A stretch of 64,000 nucleotides of DNA, from positions 1 through 64,000 of the IMG/VR virus record IMGVR_UViG_3300026518_000011. One strand, written 5' to 3'. Of this stretch, positions 27,875 through 38,189 are shown piece after piece. The stretch is from a virus. Numbering within the stretch: the stretch's first letter is position 1; each line of letters starts with the position of its first letter. Under the pieces are notes generated by a model. The model saw nothing but the letters and a program-made list of their open reading frames with translations. It did not search any database and had not been told where the DNA came from. The position numbers and the translations under genes were made by a program.

Positions 27875-28951
27875 ATGCTACAACACTCACCATTGATGGT
27901 ATCCACCATGGCACAAACCAGCAACGATAAACTACCCTGGGATGATGTGGGAACCCGTCTCAGTGATGGACGAAACCTCCCCCAGACACTACGGGAGGCC
28001 CATCTCGACTGGGACGTCATCAAGCGCCCCGCGTGGGTAGATATCGCATCATATGGCGATTCTGACGAAGCTGATGTGATGGCACCAAATGGTGCACCAA
28101 TGCATCCGACTCGTGTCAAAGGTAACTATGTAATGCTTCGGTCCGATACTATGGAACCAGTGAGTCCGTTTGTTGGCCCACGGTATAAACCTATTCAGAA
28201 TTATGACGCCTTTAAGGTCTTTCAGGATTTTTGTGAGGCAGGGAACATGACTATGGAAACTGCTGGGTCTCTGTCAGGTGGTGAACACATCTGGGGATTG
28301 GCAAAAATCAATGGGGAATACCAACTATGTGACGGGGAGTTCATCAGCGGCTACTTTCTATTGATTCAGTCCCATATCTATGGTAGCTCCCTGAAGGCTA
28401 TGTTTACCCCTGTGCGGTATCCTGGTGGACACATGTTGGTTCAGTCAGTGAACCGTAGCGTTGTTGGTCAGAAAACCTATACTATGCCCCACTCCCGCCA
28501 TTTTAATGAAAGTCGTGTTTCGGAGATTCATGAAGTCATGGGGGTAGCCGAGCGGGAGCTTGATCATTTCATCAAGGAGGCACGGACCATGACCCAACGG
28601 ATGGTATCTGATGAAGCGGTGATCCGTTACTTTATTGAGGAGTTTAATCCCACATTGCACACGAAGGTCCAAAACGGGGTAGTAGTGATTCCAGCGGGTA
28701 TGAAAATTTCTGATCTGACCGATTGGGAATGGTCCAACCGCAATATGAAGCGGGTGCCCCAATATATGGAATCATATGCTGGGGCCGACCTACCCACCTG
28801 TCAGGGAACGGCGTGGGGAGTAATGCAGGCAACTAACAATTTCTATGATCATGAAATTGGAGTAAACCCAGACACTCGATTGGTCAGTGCATGGATGGGA
28901 CCAAATGCTAAAAAGAAATTAGCTGCCGCCGCTCGGGCACAACAAATGTAG
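27875..28951 (+). CDS. DUF932 (TIGR03299-like) phage/plasmid protein
   Basis: PW...G...A.LDW.V, R.DT...VG.RY.P.QN..AF, ETAGSL.GG..IW.LAK, GTAWG..QA motifs; AAGGGG RBS. Confidence 0.85.
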   Translation: MLQHSPLMVSTMAQTSNDKLPWDDVGTRLSDGRNLPQTLREAHLDWDVIKRPAWVDIASYGDSDEADVMAPNGAPMHPTRVKGNYVMLRSDTMEPVSPFVGPRYKPIQNYDAFKVFQDFCEAGNMTMETAGSLSGGEHIWGLAKINGEYQLCDGEFISGYFLLIQSHIYGSSLKAMFTPVRYPGGHMLVQSVNRSVVGQKTYTMPHSRHFNESRVSEIHEVMGVAERELDHFIKEARTMTQRMVSDEAVIRYFIEEFNPTLHTKVQNGVVVIPAGMKISDLTDWEWSNRNMKRVPQYMESYAGADLPTCQGTAWGVMQATNNFYDHEIGVNPDTRLVSAWMGPNAKKKLAAAARAQQM

Positions 28952-29011
28952 CTTGACATTATGGATATCACCTATTATAAGTGGGTGATATCAACACTGA
29001 TGGGGGTAATC

Positions 29012-29278
29012 ATGATTTTTGGAAGAATTGCACAATTACGGAAGGATTTTCTGAATGTTAAATTTCATGGCACAACTCGTGATGAGTTTTTCCAAGTGCG
29101 GGATTTAGCATCATCTATTATTCGTGACATCCCCACAGAAGTAAGCCGTATTTATGAGAGTGCCCCACGCGTTCATGGTGCCCGTCAACATGGCCAATTG
29201 GATTTACTTGATCAATGGAAATCGTGCGCCTCCAATATTATGGACCAGTGTGAAAACGCTGCTATGAAAATCATCTAA
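29012..29278 (+). CDS. hypothetical early protein
   Basis: Behind TTGACA-N17-TATAAG; GGGGG RBS before 29012. Confidence 0.65.
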   Translation: MIFGRIAQLRKDFLNVKFHGTTRDEFFQVRDLASSIIRDIPTEVSRIYESAPRVHGARQHGQLDLLDQWKSCASNIMDQCENAAMKII

Positions 29279-29284
29279 CAAAAT

Positions 29285-29308
29285 AAGGGGGCCATAATAA
29301 GCCCCCTT
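29285..29308. terminator. bidirectional terminator between convergent genes
   Basis: AAGGGGGC...GCCCCCTT with A/T tails on both sides. Confidence 0.7.
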
Positions 29309-29331
29309 TGGTATAATTTTGTGTTTATGAA

Positions 29332-29565
29332 TTATTGCCTAAATTTATATGTAGCAATGCCAGAACGTTCTAGCATTGCTACGGTATCTGGGTCAGTGTA
29401 CGGGTCAAATATGGACTCTTGACTACCCAACTGATCAATGGCTTCAACAATTTCTGCACCACTGTTAAATCGCAATGAGTTCCGTTCTGCCTCTGTGATA
29501 TTACTCCTAGAGGCCGTAACGATAAACGCCTTAATATCGTATAACAGATCAACAGCTTCTGACAT
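29332..29565 (-). CDS. small late hypothetical protein
   Basis: TAATG overlap with the upstream acidic protein. Confidence 0.65.
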   Translation of the reverse strand: MSEAVDLLYDIKAFIVTASRSNITEAERNSLRFNSGAEIVEAIDQLGSQESIFDPYTDPDTVAMLERSGIATYKFRQ

Positions 29566-30563
29566 TAAAATACACGCCGAGGTTTGTCAAGCATGCCAGA
29601 CAGACGTTTGATTTCCTGCATTTCAATCTCATCTTCGGTCATACCATCCGTGAACAACGCCTGCTTGGCATTACCAACATGGGGGATTGTTCCCATCCAC
29701 GCCTCAGTAAGATCATCCTCAGCAGGGACCGCTTTGGGCTTCCTATACTTCGGACGGGGGCCACCACCTTGCTTAGCACGACTTTTATCTGCCATGGCAT
29801 TACGGCGCTTCTGACGACCTTTTTGTCGGGTTTCTTCTGAACCTTCATCCACTGGTGCTTCCATGTCATCACCCTCAGGTGCATCAAATTCATCATCCAT
29901 GGGTTCGTCATCAAAATCACCACCATCGGATGCACCCATCATGTCTTTCAGGGTTGCCATCACATCAGGAATATCTGCCACATCCAACGTTCGGTCATCA
30001 GCCGCAGTGTCCGAGATGGCTTGAGCAATCGTTTCAAACTGCTCCTCGCCAAGATTTGCTGCAGCCACCCCCGTGAGGAGTTTAACCAAAAAATCTTGGG
30101 TTACTGCAATTTCACCAGCAGCCATATCATGCTCCATACAATCTCGATCAAGGGACTCAGCCTCATCAAATGTAAAACCTTCGTTCATTTCATCATCACT
30201 TTCATCTTTTTTCGATTTCTTATCCCATGGCGTGTCATCCCCGCCAGCGGGCTTCGGCTTTGTAGATTTAGGGGCGGGTTTAGATTTACCAACAGATTTG
30301 CCGCCACCGACTGAGGCTTTTCTGGATGGTTCATCCATGGATACTACCGAGGGGGTCTTAGGGGCATCAGCGGGACCACCAGTTTCCATGTGGGGATCAG
30401 TTGAAGCCCCGTGATCACCACCAATACCACTGAGTGGAGAATCCGAGTCACTCTTAAATCCGTCAGTGTTTGTTAAAATCGTGTCACGGGGGGCTGGGGC
30501 CAGCCCATTGTCGGATTCAAGCAATGCTAGGTGATCTGCACCGGTCATAATGTTTCTTGACAT
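29565..30563 (-). CDS. acidic low-complexity prohead-core/scaffold-like protein
   Basis: Asp/Glu-rich, LLES/MNEG/LTEA-like sites, C-terminal EIKRLSG; late promoter. Confidence 0.6.
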   Translation of the reverse strand: MSRNIMTGADHLALLESDNGLAPAPRDTILTNTDGFKSDSDSPLSGIGGDHGASTDPHMETGGPADAPKTPSVVSMDEPSRKASVGGGKSVGKSKPAPKSTKPKPAGGDDTPWDKKSKKDESDDEMNEGFTFDEAESLDRDCMEHDMAAGEIAVTQDFLVKLLTGVAAANLGEEQFETIAQAISDTAADDRTLDVADIPDVMATLKDMMGASDGGDFDDEPMDDEFDAPEGDDMEAPVDEGSEETRQKGRQKRRNAMADKSRAKQGGGPRPKYRKPKAVPAEDDLTEAWMGTIPHVGNAKQALFTDGMTEDEIEMQEIKRLSGMLDKPRRVF

Positions 30564-30636
30564 ATTAGTTCCCTCAAGCCAAATGGGTAATTATATCCGT
30601 ATTTAGGGAACTACTAGATATTATCCATTAAAACAC

Positions 30637-30674
30637 AATACGGCCAGCGATTTTGAAAAATCGCTGGCCGTATT
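30637..30674 (-). terminator. 18-bp perfect inverted repeat (terminator)
   Basis: AATACGGCCAGCGATTTT/AAAATCGCTGGCCGTATT. Confidence 0.7.
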
Positions 30675-30691
30675 TCAACTTCTATAACGGA

Positions 30692-31495
30692 TCACACAGG
30701 GGGATTGTGGGTCATACTAATGGTAAATCCGTCCCCAGCATCTACATCAATGCTTACATTTCCATGAGGAATAATTGCCACGACATTCTGGAAAGCATCA
30801 TTCACTGCGGTTAGCAGCCCCATGCCTTCGATATTGGTGGTATCCACTACCATAGCCTGATCACGGGTCTGTGGAAAGGGTGTTTCCCCGAACCCACCCG
30901 ATGCGGAGGCGTGGGGGACCTCATTCATCTCTATTTGTTCAAACGGAACCCCATCAATGACGTCCATCTCTGATCCCGCCATGGTCTGCACATCTTCTAC
31001 CACGGGAGTGATGTCCCCTACCATCGTATCAGTGACCGTCTCTGGTGATGATTTATTCTTTGCCACTTTGAATACATTATTCTTCTTCCGAGAACGGTGA
31101 GCCATATAATGTTTGGCATCCTTCAGTGACATGAAGATTGAATCAGGAAGTTTGGCCAGTTCTCCGGTTTCATCTTGTTCCCGTGCTAGATAATTAACCA
31201 CTTTCACCGCAGTCTTTCCGTCAATTCCCATATCACATAGCTTCACATATTTTTTGCGCTCAGACATTGTGGGCACCGGAATATTCAACAACGATGCGGT
31301 CATGAACATATCATCCACAGGGATATATGCTTGTGGATTGTCCAACACTGCCAACACATTTGCATGAGCCTTAATTCGACTCATCAGCATATATCGACAT
31401 TCTTTGATCATTGTAGTTTTGCGGGGGGTTTTTGTCTTCGTTTTTGCCATGATAGGTCCTCTAACTGTTCTAATACCCATAGTATAATGACCCAC
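30692..31495 (-). CDS. hypothetical protein (start probably 31450)
   Basis: Long ORF, GAGGA RBS before MAKTK. Confidence 0.7.
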   Translation of the reverse strand: MGHYTMGIRTVRGPIMAKTKTKTPRKTTMIKECRYMLMSRIKAHANVLAVLDNPQAYIPVDDMFMTASLLNIPVPTMSERKKYVKLCDMGIDGKTAVKVVNYLAREQDETGELAKLPDSIFMSLKDAKHYMAHRSRKKNNVFKVAKNKSSPETVTDTMVGDITPVVEDVQTMAGSEMDVIDGVPFEQIEMNEVPHASASGGFGETPFPQTRDQAMVVDTTNIEGMGLLTAVNDAFQNVVAIIPHGNVSIDVDAGDGFTISMTHNPPV

Positions 31496-31523
31496 ACGGT
31501 AAACTGCAAGTGCTTGCGGAATA

Positions 31524-32447
31524 TTATTGTTCAGATTCCATTTCGTGCAATTTAATCAAACACGCACAGAGGGTAATATCGGGCAACCCAGCCTGTGAAT
31601 GGCGATGCAAGTATTCGGCAATAATTAGTATAGCTTCATCCTCTAACTCCCCAAATACCTCGGATTGTTCATACAATACACGATATGCCCGTTCATACTC
31701 ATCTGGTCGCATGGCAGCTACCAATGACCGTGCTGCAGCCACGTCAAACTGATTGACCACTTCCATCATCTGCAGTTCCCATGGAGCCTTATGAGCTTCG
31801 TCGGTTGGCTCCACTAATACCCCATCAACTACAGACCACTGTAGGTCACTAATTGCGTGTCTTAGGTTTGGATAATTTACACGAACAATCTCCAATAGGC
31901 GGTTAATGGATTCATCCGATGATGCGTCTACCTCTTCTTGGTCAAGTATATCCAACAATCGTTCTGTAAAATCGGTATCATCCAATCCATCAACTACAAT
32001 CTCCCACAATCGGCCTTTTAGGGGATCAATCATTTTTTCTGGACGATTGCAGGTAAAAATAAAACGAACATCATCGACATATCGATCTACTACATTTCGC
32101 AGCGCCTCTTGGGCATCCACAGATAATCGGTCAGACTCATCCATTACAATTAGTTTGAGGTCGTTCCACCCACCAGCTTCACAAAATCCCACGATCTCAT
32201 CACGTATTGAATCTACACCAGACCGAAGACTTGCAGGTATGAACTTGATATCCGCCCTATCTTTCAACATAGCCCTGATAATACGGGTCATGGAGGTCTT
32301 TCCGGTCCCAGTAGGTCCAGACAGTAACAATGATGGGTATGCTAATGGATCAACAATCCATGCATCTAATTTATCTTTGGTTTCGGCACTAGACCAAACG
32401 AATTGGTCTAAATCCGTGGGACTATATTTTTCATACCATAGCTGCAT
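31524..32447 (-). CDS. sliding-clamp loader AAA+ subunit (T4 gp44 / RFC small-subunit family)
   Basis: LWYEKY.P, LLLSGPTGTGKTS, MDESDRLS..AQ.ALR, RFIFTCN. Confidence 0.92.
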   Translation of the reverse strand: MQLWYEKYSPTDLDQFVWSSAETKDKLDAWIVDPLAYPSLLLSGPTGTGKTSMTRIIRAMLKDRADIKFIPASLRSGVDSIRDEIVGFCEAGGWNDLKLIVMDESDRLSVDAQEALRNVVDRYVDDVRFIFTCNRPEKMIDPLKGRLWEIVVDGLDDTDFTERLLDILDQEEVDASSDESINRLLEIVRVNYPNLRHAISDLQWSVVDGVLVEPTDEAHKAPWELQMMEVVNQFDVAAARSLVAAMRPDEYERAYRVLYEQSEVFGELEDEAILIIAEYLHRHSQAGLPDITLCACLIKLHEMESEQ

Positions 32448-32872
32448 CAGTAATAATCCCCTATTATTTGATCTATTGCAATCGTGCAGGGTTCAATATG
32501 AACCCTAACGCCTATATGGGTAGTGTTGTAACTGGATGGATTAGCCCAATGACTGACTCTTGGGGTCGCTCTAATATTACCAGAAAACCTACTACGATAT
32601 TTCTCAGGTATTGATGAGTCTATCATTTTAGGTAATATATCATCTAACTTATTTTGCAATGCCTTCGTTAGTGATACCAAAACATGACTACTTGATGATC
32701 CATTAGCGCATCCATCTGATCTTCCCCGCTGATACTCAGCATTCAACTGTTTTTCACACCGCTGTTCAATTTCCCATTCCATGGTGGTTTCTTGAAGTTT
32801 GATCCACGATTCTAATTTACTAATCGTGGATTCCAATTGTTTAATGCGATCATTGTCAGAGGTCACGGGCAT
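32447..32872 (-). CDS. hypothetical coiled-coil protein
   Basis: Fills the gap between the GroES-like and clamp-loader genes; upstream extension overlaps GroES. Confidence 0.55.
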   Translation of the reverse strand: MPVTSDNDRIKQLESTISKLESWIKLQETTMEWEIEQRCEKQLNAEYQRGRSDGCANGSSSSHVLVSLTKALQNKLDDILPKMIDSSIPEKYRSRFSGNIRATPRVSHWANPSSYNTTHIGVRVHIEPCTIAIDQIIGDYY

Positions 32873-33287
32873 GCCATGTTTCCCAATCCGGATATAGTCG
32901 TGCGATCTGCTGCTGTTCAAATTCAGTAGGTTCGTTGGACTCAACCCCAAGAATATCTTCAAAAGGAATAGACCAAACCTTGCCAACTTTTTTCCCATTA
33001 ATCATTGCAGACATCCCACGGGTCCACTTCAATTGGTCTAGTAGCACCTTACTCCCCAGAGGAAGCGTCTCAGACCGCTCCAGTTGATCAGAGATGGCCA
33101 ACACGATGGCCCAGCGAGGTCTTACCCCCTGATGCTTGACATGGATGTTACGGTCCTTGTCAGCGGATGAGTCATCGAGTAGATAGAATTTTTTCCCACC
33201 AAGCATTCTGGTAGTATCCCCGTCGTCGTAGATGCCAACTAGAACGCGTGTATGAAGCGGCTTGATGCCGACTAGACTTTTTGCCAT
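32856..33287 (-). CDS. GroES/gp31-like co-chaperonin
   Basis: IKPL..RVLV...GG...DD...G.RPRWA.V.A...G..VL pattern; GGAG RBS. Confidence 0.75.
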   Translation of the reverse strand: MAKSLVGIKPLHTRVLVGIYDDGDTTRMLGGKKFYLLDDSSADKDRNIHVKHQGVRPRWAIVLAISDQLERSETLPLGSKVLLDQLKWTRGMSAMINGKKVGKVWSIPFEDILGVESNEPTEFEQQQIARLYPDWETWHARDL

Positions 33288-33344
33288 TATTTATCTCCAA
33301 TGTTACTGAATGGCAGATAATTAATCCCACCCGCGTTTACAAGA

Positions 33345-35108
33345 TCAGACGTCGTTTTTCGTCAACAAATATCCATAATATGATTTTCCACGGGTTCGAG
33401 CAACATAATCGAGATTCACCTCCTGTTCATATTGCCACGTGTTGGGTTTAACATATGGTGGATATAGGCAGCTTGGGTCATACATGAACGCCCGTTCCGC
33501 CTCCAACCCCTTGGCCTTATGGATGGTAGAGCATACTACAGCACTTTCGATATTATCATCCGAAAATAGAGATTCTATATCCTTGATAATCGATGTCACT
33601 TTCCCGTCTGTATTAGCAGTGATGAATACACGAATGGATTTGGCCCGATCCTTGACCCGCTGCATAGCATCCTCATTATCAGGATCATCCCGATAGATCA
33701 TAGCGACCTGATCGGTTTCCCATTCGTCCAACTTTTTTACCAAAGTAATCACCCGAACCCCATCACAGGTCATTTTAGGCATTTTCTTCCCTGGTTTTTT
33801 GGGATTGGGGACCCAGTGTTTTTCTGCAACACAATCATCGATGATCCTAATTAGGCCATCACCGATATTCCGACCCTTTACGAATACTGATACCCGTTGG
33901 TTAATCAGACCATATGCGAATTCAATCAATGGGGCATTATTCCGGCATAGCACCAAATCCTGTGGTTTAAAGGTCTGGGCATCCCAATCGGTTAATCGTG
34001 CTACTTCGCCCTCTATTGCAGTAGCAGCCCACTCGATCACTGGCACCAATTCCTGTGCATGGCGGACCAACGCCTTTGAGCATCGATAAGTGATTGACAG
34101 CGGTAATTTCTTCACCCCGAATAGTGTTGAAAACTTCTCAAATGCATTAGTGTCACTGCCCCGAAAACCATATAGTGATTGGTTTTTGTCGCCTACCCCA
34201 CACACGATACCATTTGGCCGCAACACCATTTTGATCAATTCTAGGTCTACCGCATTCACATCTTGCACCTCATCGATGAACACTATGTCCTGTGTGGGCT
34301 TAGTCAAACTATTACCGTTAGGGCGTTTGCACACCGTGAGCCATTTCTGGTCATCAAAATCAATGGTATTGGTGTCATAGATATTCGAGTCACTAAATGA
34401 GATAGCCAATACGTCCCGAACCTTCTGATATACTGTAGGCCGGATCACCGGATCGATCATCCATCCATGGTGGACACAAATCTGGGTCAATGTGTGGTCT
34501 GTAGCCGATAACCCATTCACACCAACCCCATCAGACACCCCAACCGGAATTACCCCCATGGATTTGCACATATTGACCAACTGTTTGACATCTTTCCCGT
34601 ATTGGTCCTGTTGTTGAAAATTTAACTCTTTGCGAATGATCGATTGGGTTCGATAATTACTGAGACCAATCTTACCAACCCCTATCCCTTTAAGATATGG
34701 CATCAATAGTTTGAACCCCAATCCGTTCAAGGTTTTGGATTCCACATGGTGGGGGAGCCGTTCTTTCAGTTCATCAACAATGGACTTATTAAATGCCAAA
34801 AATATAGAATTTAATGATCGGGGGATCAGATTGGCCGCAGCTACCGCAGTGGACGTTTTCCCGCTACCCGCTACTGCACTAATGGCAACACTGACGGTTG
34901 GTTTACCAGTCTGGTAGTTGACGATCTGCTCGTTTAAATGGGAGAAGATGTTACACTGCAATGGGCTGGCATTGGTCATACCGGTTTTTATCTTAATGAC
35001 ATCATCACCATACTCAGGAGTTTCTGGAACAGCTAGATCAGCGAACTCCTCAGGCTCCTCTGCCATTGATTTGATGCGGTCTCGTAGGCGGTCTCGTTTT
35101 GTTGCCAT
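33345..35108 (-). CDS. UvrD/Rep-family SF1 helicase
   Basis: AVAGSGKT, LAFN, DEVQD, VGD.NQS.YGFRG, L..TYR, LCRNN, STIHKAKGLE, YVA.TR. Confidence 0.93.
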   Translation of the reverse strand: MATKRDRLRDRIKSMAEEPEEFADLAVPETPEYGDDVIKIKTGMTNASPLQCNIFSHLNEQIVNYQTGKPTVSVAISAVAGSGKTSTAVAAANLIPRSLNSIFLAFNKSIVDELKERLPHHVESKTLNGLGFKLLMPYLKGIGVGKIGLSNYRTQSIIRKELNFQQQDQYGKDVKQLVNMCKSMGVIPVGVSDGVGVNGLSATDHTLTQICVHHGWMIDPVIRPTVYQKVRDVLAISFSDSNIYDTNTIDFDDQKWLTVCKRPNGNSLTKPTQDIVFIDEVQDVNAVDLELIKMVLRPNGIVCGVGDKNQSLYGFRGSDTNAFEKFSTLFGVKKLPLSITYRCSKALVRHAQELVPVIEWAATAIEGEVARLTDWDAQTFKPQDLVLCRNNAPLIEFAYGLINQRVSVFVKGRNIGDGLIRIIDDCVAEKHWVPNPKKPGKKMPKMTCDGVRVITLVKKLDEWETDQVAMIYRDDPDNEDAMQRVKDRAKSIRVFITANTDGKVTSIIKDIESLFSDDNIESAVVCSTIHKAKGLEAERAFMYDPSCLYPPYVKPNTWQYEQEVNLDYVARTRGKSYYGYLLTKNDV

Positions 35109-35171
35109 CGGTGGTTTACCCCCTTGATTTGATTCAGTTACGAATGTAATATCAAGGGGTGATGCTGTCAA

Positions 35172-35570
35172 TTACTTTTTGGGCTTTTTAAGTTTACCCA
35201 ATAGATTACCGAGTTCGGCATCTGCCGCTGTATTACTCGCGGACTGTCCCTTTGATGCGGGTTTCTTCGCAGCTTTAACCTTTACCCCCGTAATATCATT
35301 TAGGGTGGTCGCTGTACCATTTTCGGTGAACGACGACTTCATCGCGGTATCACCAACAGTGACAGGATGTGTATCCATCACTGGTGGGACTGTGGTGCCC
35401 CCCGTTGGCACAAATCCACGAACACTTGGGGTTGTATTGACTGTGGGATTATACCCAGCATTTGCCCGTGTGGATTTTTCCTGCTTGCCAATGGGCTGCG
35501 CACCCCTAGAGATTAAGTCATCCATATTGAGAATTGCTCCACGAGCTGTAGTTACCATTCCATTCGCCAT
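35172..35570 (-). CDS. conserved late hypothetical protein
   Basis: N-terminal TARG..LNM..L motif; late promoter at 35599. Confidence 0.7.
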   Translation of the reverse strand: MANGMVTTARGAILNMDDLISRGAQPIGKQEKSTRANAGYNPTVNTTPSVRGFVPTGGTTVPPVMDTHPVTVGDTAMKSSFTENGTATTLNDITGVKVKAAKKPASKGQSASNTAADAELGNLLGKLKKPKK

Positions 35571-35609
35571 TGTTGATCCCTCTGATAGCTGATATTAATA
35601 TTTAGGATG

Positions 35610-35903
35610 TTACCCGTTGAGTATCCTACGATATGCCTCACGGTCACACAAAAACCTCTGATACCCGCCGATCACTTGTTCGGTAATTGAATCCTGCTCA
35701 ACCATCATGACGACCATAGATTTGGGAATTAACATTTCGTCACATTCAGCACTAGGCCACCAATCACCACCAATGGTATGGTCATTAACTACCAATCGAG
35801 GCATAGTCACTACGAATGAATAATTACCTGATGAAGTCTCATCCATTCGAATAAATTTAGCGATTACCGTTTCACCCGTTGATAGTTTATATAAGTGAAT
35901 CAT
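35610..35903 (-). CDS. Sm-like-fold small protein
   Basis: YKLSTGETVIA...P..V...W.P......I.KS.VV pattern of T4-like Sm-fold proteins. Confidence 0.55.
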   Translation of the reverse strand: MIHLYKLSTGETVIAKFIRMDETSSGNYSFVVTMPRLVVNDHTIGGDWWPSAECDEMLIPKSMVVMMVEQDSITEQVIGGYQRFLCDREAYRRILNG

Positions 35904-36439
35904 TTGTAGAATTCCTCCATGGGTATGTCATATTTTACCGGATCAACCTTATTGGCCCCAATCAGGAACATCACCAGACTAGCACACGAAGACCCCCGCC
36001 CAAGACCCCAAACTATATTGTTGTCCCTCAACGAATCGGTGATATAAATCAAACACCGAATGAATGGTTCCATACTAGTTTCAGCCACCCGAATCATTTC
36101 CATGTCTAATCGGACTTCGTATTCATCCGGTAATCCCATTGAGGAAAGTGCAGCATAACAATAATCAACCACAACAATATTTTTATAATCCTCAGGAATA
36201 TTCCAATCATACGATTTTAGTGATGGTCCCATCACGTTATCGTCTTTGATCCACTGTTTTGCACTATCTCCGGTCCCGTGGATCATATGGTAACGAGTAA
36301 TGTCATCATGCTGGGCAAACATTAACTCCGAAAAGTCTAAGCCATTGAGGGCCATATTCACTAAGAGTTTATGTTTAACCGCAACCGACCCCGTATCAGT
36401 GATATACCGATCATCAAGTTCTAACAGTGAGCTACTCAT
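35900..36439 (-). CDS. DNA polymerase III alpha (DnaE)-like fragment (split gene)
   Basis: Y..RL..E...IVWG.GRGSS.AS.V.F.IG..KVDP.KY motif; ends before the catalytic PDID motif. Confidence 0.85.
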   Translation of the reverse strand: MSSSLLELDDRYITDTGSVAVKHKLLVNMALNGLDFSELMFAQHDDITRYHMIHGTGDSAKQWIKDDNVMGPSLKSYDWNIPEDYKNIVVVDYCYAALSSMGLPDEYEVRLDMEMIRVAETSMEPFIRCLIYITDSLRDNNIVWGLGRGSSCASLVMFLIGANKVDPVKYDIPMEEFYK

Positions 36440-36506
36440 ATATGTTACCCCAAACGAGTGTAATTAGATAAATACGTTATAAGTCATACTGACTATATAA
36501 GATATC

Positions 36507-37796
36507 ATGAGGGAATTCCAAGTGTCCAAACTCAGCATTCAACTTGTCCAAGAACATCTTCTGACCGAATCAGAGGAAATGAAACCAAGTTACGATACCA
36601 TGTCCGCCCCGAATGGTAAATCCCGCACAATCGACAAACCTAAAAATTTATCAATTACACGGACAGCTATCAAGCAGATTGAGGTTCCCACCAGTCATAA
36701 AGGCAAAAATCCTAGGAAGACTGCGGGAAAGGTAAAGGGTGGGATTCCTACAGCAAAGACCGCTGAGGAACTTTACAACCAACTATCAGTTCCTAAAATG
36801 AGTGCTGCAAAAAATCAAAAGAGTCCGGCATCACCAAAAGTGGTTAGTCGGAAAACAAATCAGACATCAAAGCAAACCGTAGTGAAAAATCCAATTAAAC
36901 GCACCGATGGCGGAAAGTCCGGTAATGCAGGTATCCCCGCTGCGGACTATGCTGACGTATATACCAAAAAGATGCCCCACGGGGGATCAACACTTGGGAC
37001 CACTGGCGGTAAAAAGGTTCCAGAAGTGAATGCCCCAAAGGCTGCTAATCTCAGAGGGACCACCAATGGTCGCATAGCTCCGGCCAAAATCAGGTCCCAG
37101 AAAGCGAATCAGTCGGTCCCACAGGTCACTTATGGCAAAGGTTTCGTATCATCCCCATCGGATGCCCCTGCGAAGATCAAAGTGGCAAAACACGTCAAGG
37201 GGCATAACGTAATGGAATCGGTTAAGATCATGATCAACGGAACACCAAAGGCTACCTTTGGTGTTATCCATAAGGATGTGGCCGCGAAACTAGTGGAGAG
37301 TTACAAAAAGTTTGGATATGATGTAGAACTACATCGGGCAGACTCCTCTGAATGGAAACAAGATCGTGCATTACTAAAGAAAATCTATGAATCCATGGAT
37401 GCCTACTACAACGGTGCCCCTCGTACCGCCCAGAAGCTCCGTAAAGCCGCTATGGACCGATTCTTCGCAGTATCCCAATCAGACTACAATACCATGTATG
37501 AAAGCCGTCAACAATTCTCCAGAACGCTTAAAGCAGCTTTCAGCCGTATCATGGAACAGGCTGATCTAAAATATCGCAGATCGCTCAATGTTGTCGAAGG
37601 GCTGGCCCGTGTAGAAGCAGGTGACAGCGTAATAGATTTAGATATGATTACACAAGCCCGTGACACTAATATGGCATTACGGAATTTCCGCAATGAGATT
37701 GTTGAAGAATACGGGTTTAATGCAAAAATGAAACATGTGTTCATTAATGGCCGAAAATACCACGCCGATGATATCCAAGAGTGGTGCAGCAAATAA
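36507..37796 (+). CDS. late Lys-rich probable head-internal protein
   Basis: TAAATA at 36469; long basic low-complexity N-half; LLTES, VMES, LVES, IYES, MYES motifs. Confidence 0.65.
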   Translation: MREFQVSKLSIQLVQEHLLTESEEMKPSYDTMSAPNGKSRTIDKPKNLSITRTAIKQIEVPTSHKGKNPRKTAGKVKGGIPTAKTAEELYNQLSVPKMSAAKNQKSPASPKVVSRKTNQTSKQTVVKNPIKRTDGGKSGNAGIPAADYADVYTKKMPHGGSTLGTTGGKKVPEVNAPKAANLRGTTNGRIAPAKIRSQKANQSVPQVTYGKGFVSSPSDAPAKIKVAKHVKGHNVMESVKIMINGTPKATFGVIHKDVAAKLVESYKKFGYDVELHRADSSEWKQDRALLKKIYESMDAYYNGAPRTAQKLRKAAMDRFFAVSQSDYNTMYESRQQFSRTLKAAFSRIMEQADLKYRRSLNVVEGLARVEAGDSVIDLDMITQARDTNMALRNFRNEIVEEYGFNAKMKHVFINGRKYHADDIQEWCSK

Positions 37797-37797
37797 C

Positions 37798-37825
37798 AAC
37801 ATGGGGACCAATTGGTCCCCATGTT
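37798..37825. terminator. 28-bp perfect palindrome between convergent genes
   Basis: AACATGGGGACCAATTGGTCCCCATGTT. Confidence 0.75.
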
Positions 37826-37829
37826 TTCT

Positions 37830-38189
37830 TTAACTTGATCCGTTGAAACCTGACAAGTCCAACCCCTGAAGTGTTGATGCAGCCATAATACTGCCGGTTT
37901 TTTGGGTATATTTCTCAATCATATCAGATGATGGGGCAAGCGCCATGATCACATGTGCGGCATCGATCCATACCTCATCATCACATTTGTGTAGGGGATA
38001 ACCATACTCCAATACTGAGATTTCAAATCCATTGGGTGTTGGCACAGGCACAAACATACGAGGTTTGTTACATTTCACCCGCAGAGTGCTGACATCGACC
38101 TCAATGATGCGGGTCATAAAATCCTTACCATTGACCAAATCCAACGTTACGATGTCGCCTACGTGTTTTCTGAGTGTTTCCAGTTGCAT
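37830..38189 (-). CDS. Sm-like-fold small protein
   Basis: GDIVTL.L.NG....RI...KP...HV......Y...TG.I pattern. Confidence 0.6.
   Translation of the reverse strand: MQLETLRKHVGDIVTLDLVNGKDFMTRIIEVDVSTLRVKCNKPRMFVPVPTPNGFEISVLEYGYPLHKCDDEVWIDAAHVIMALAPSSDMIEKYTQKTGSIMAASTLQGLDLSGFNGSS

Noticed and set aside
27607-28119. 170-aa minus-strand ORF
   Set aside because: Overlaps the promoter-supported DUF932 operon on the opposite strand; no motif.
31906-32508. 200-aa plus-strand ORF
   Set aside because: Antisense to the well-supported clamp loader; Ser-rich shadow.
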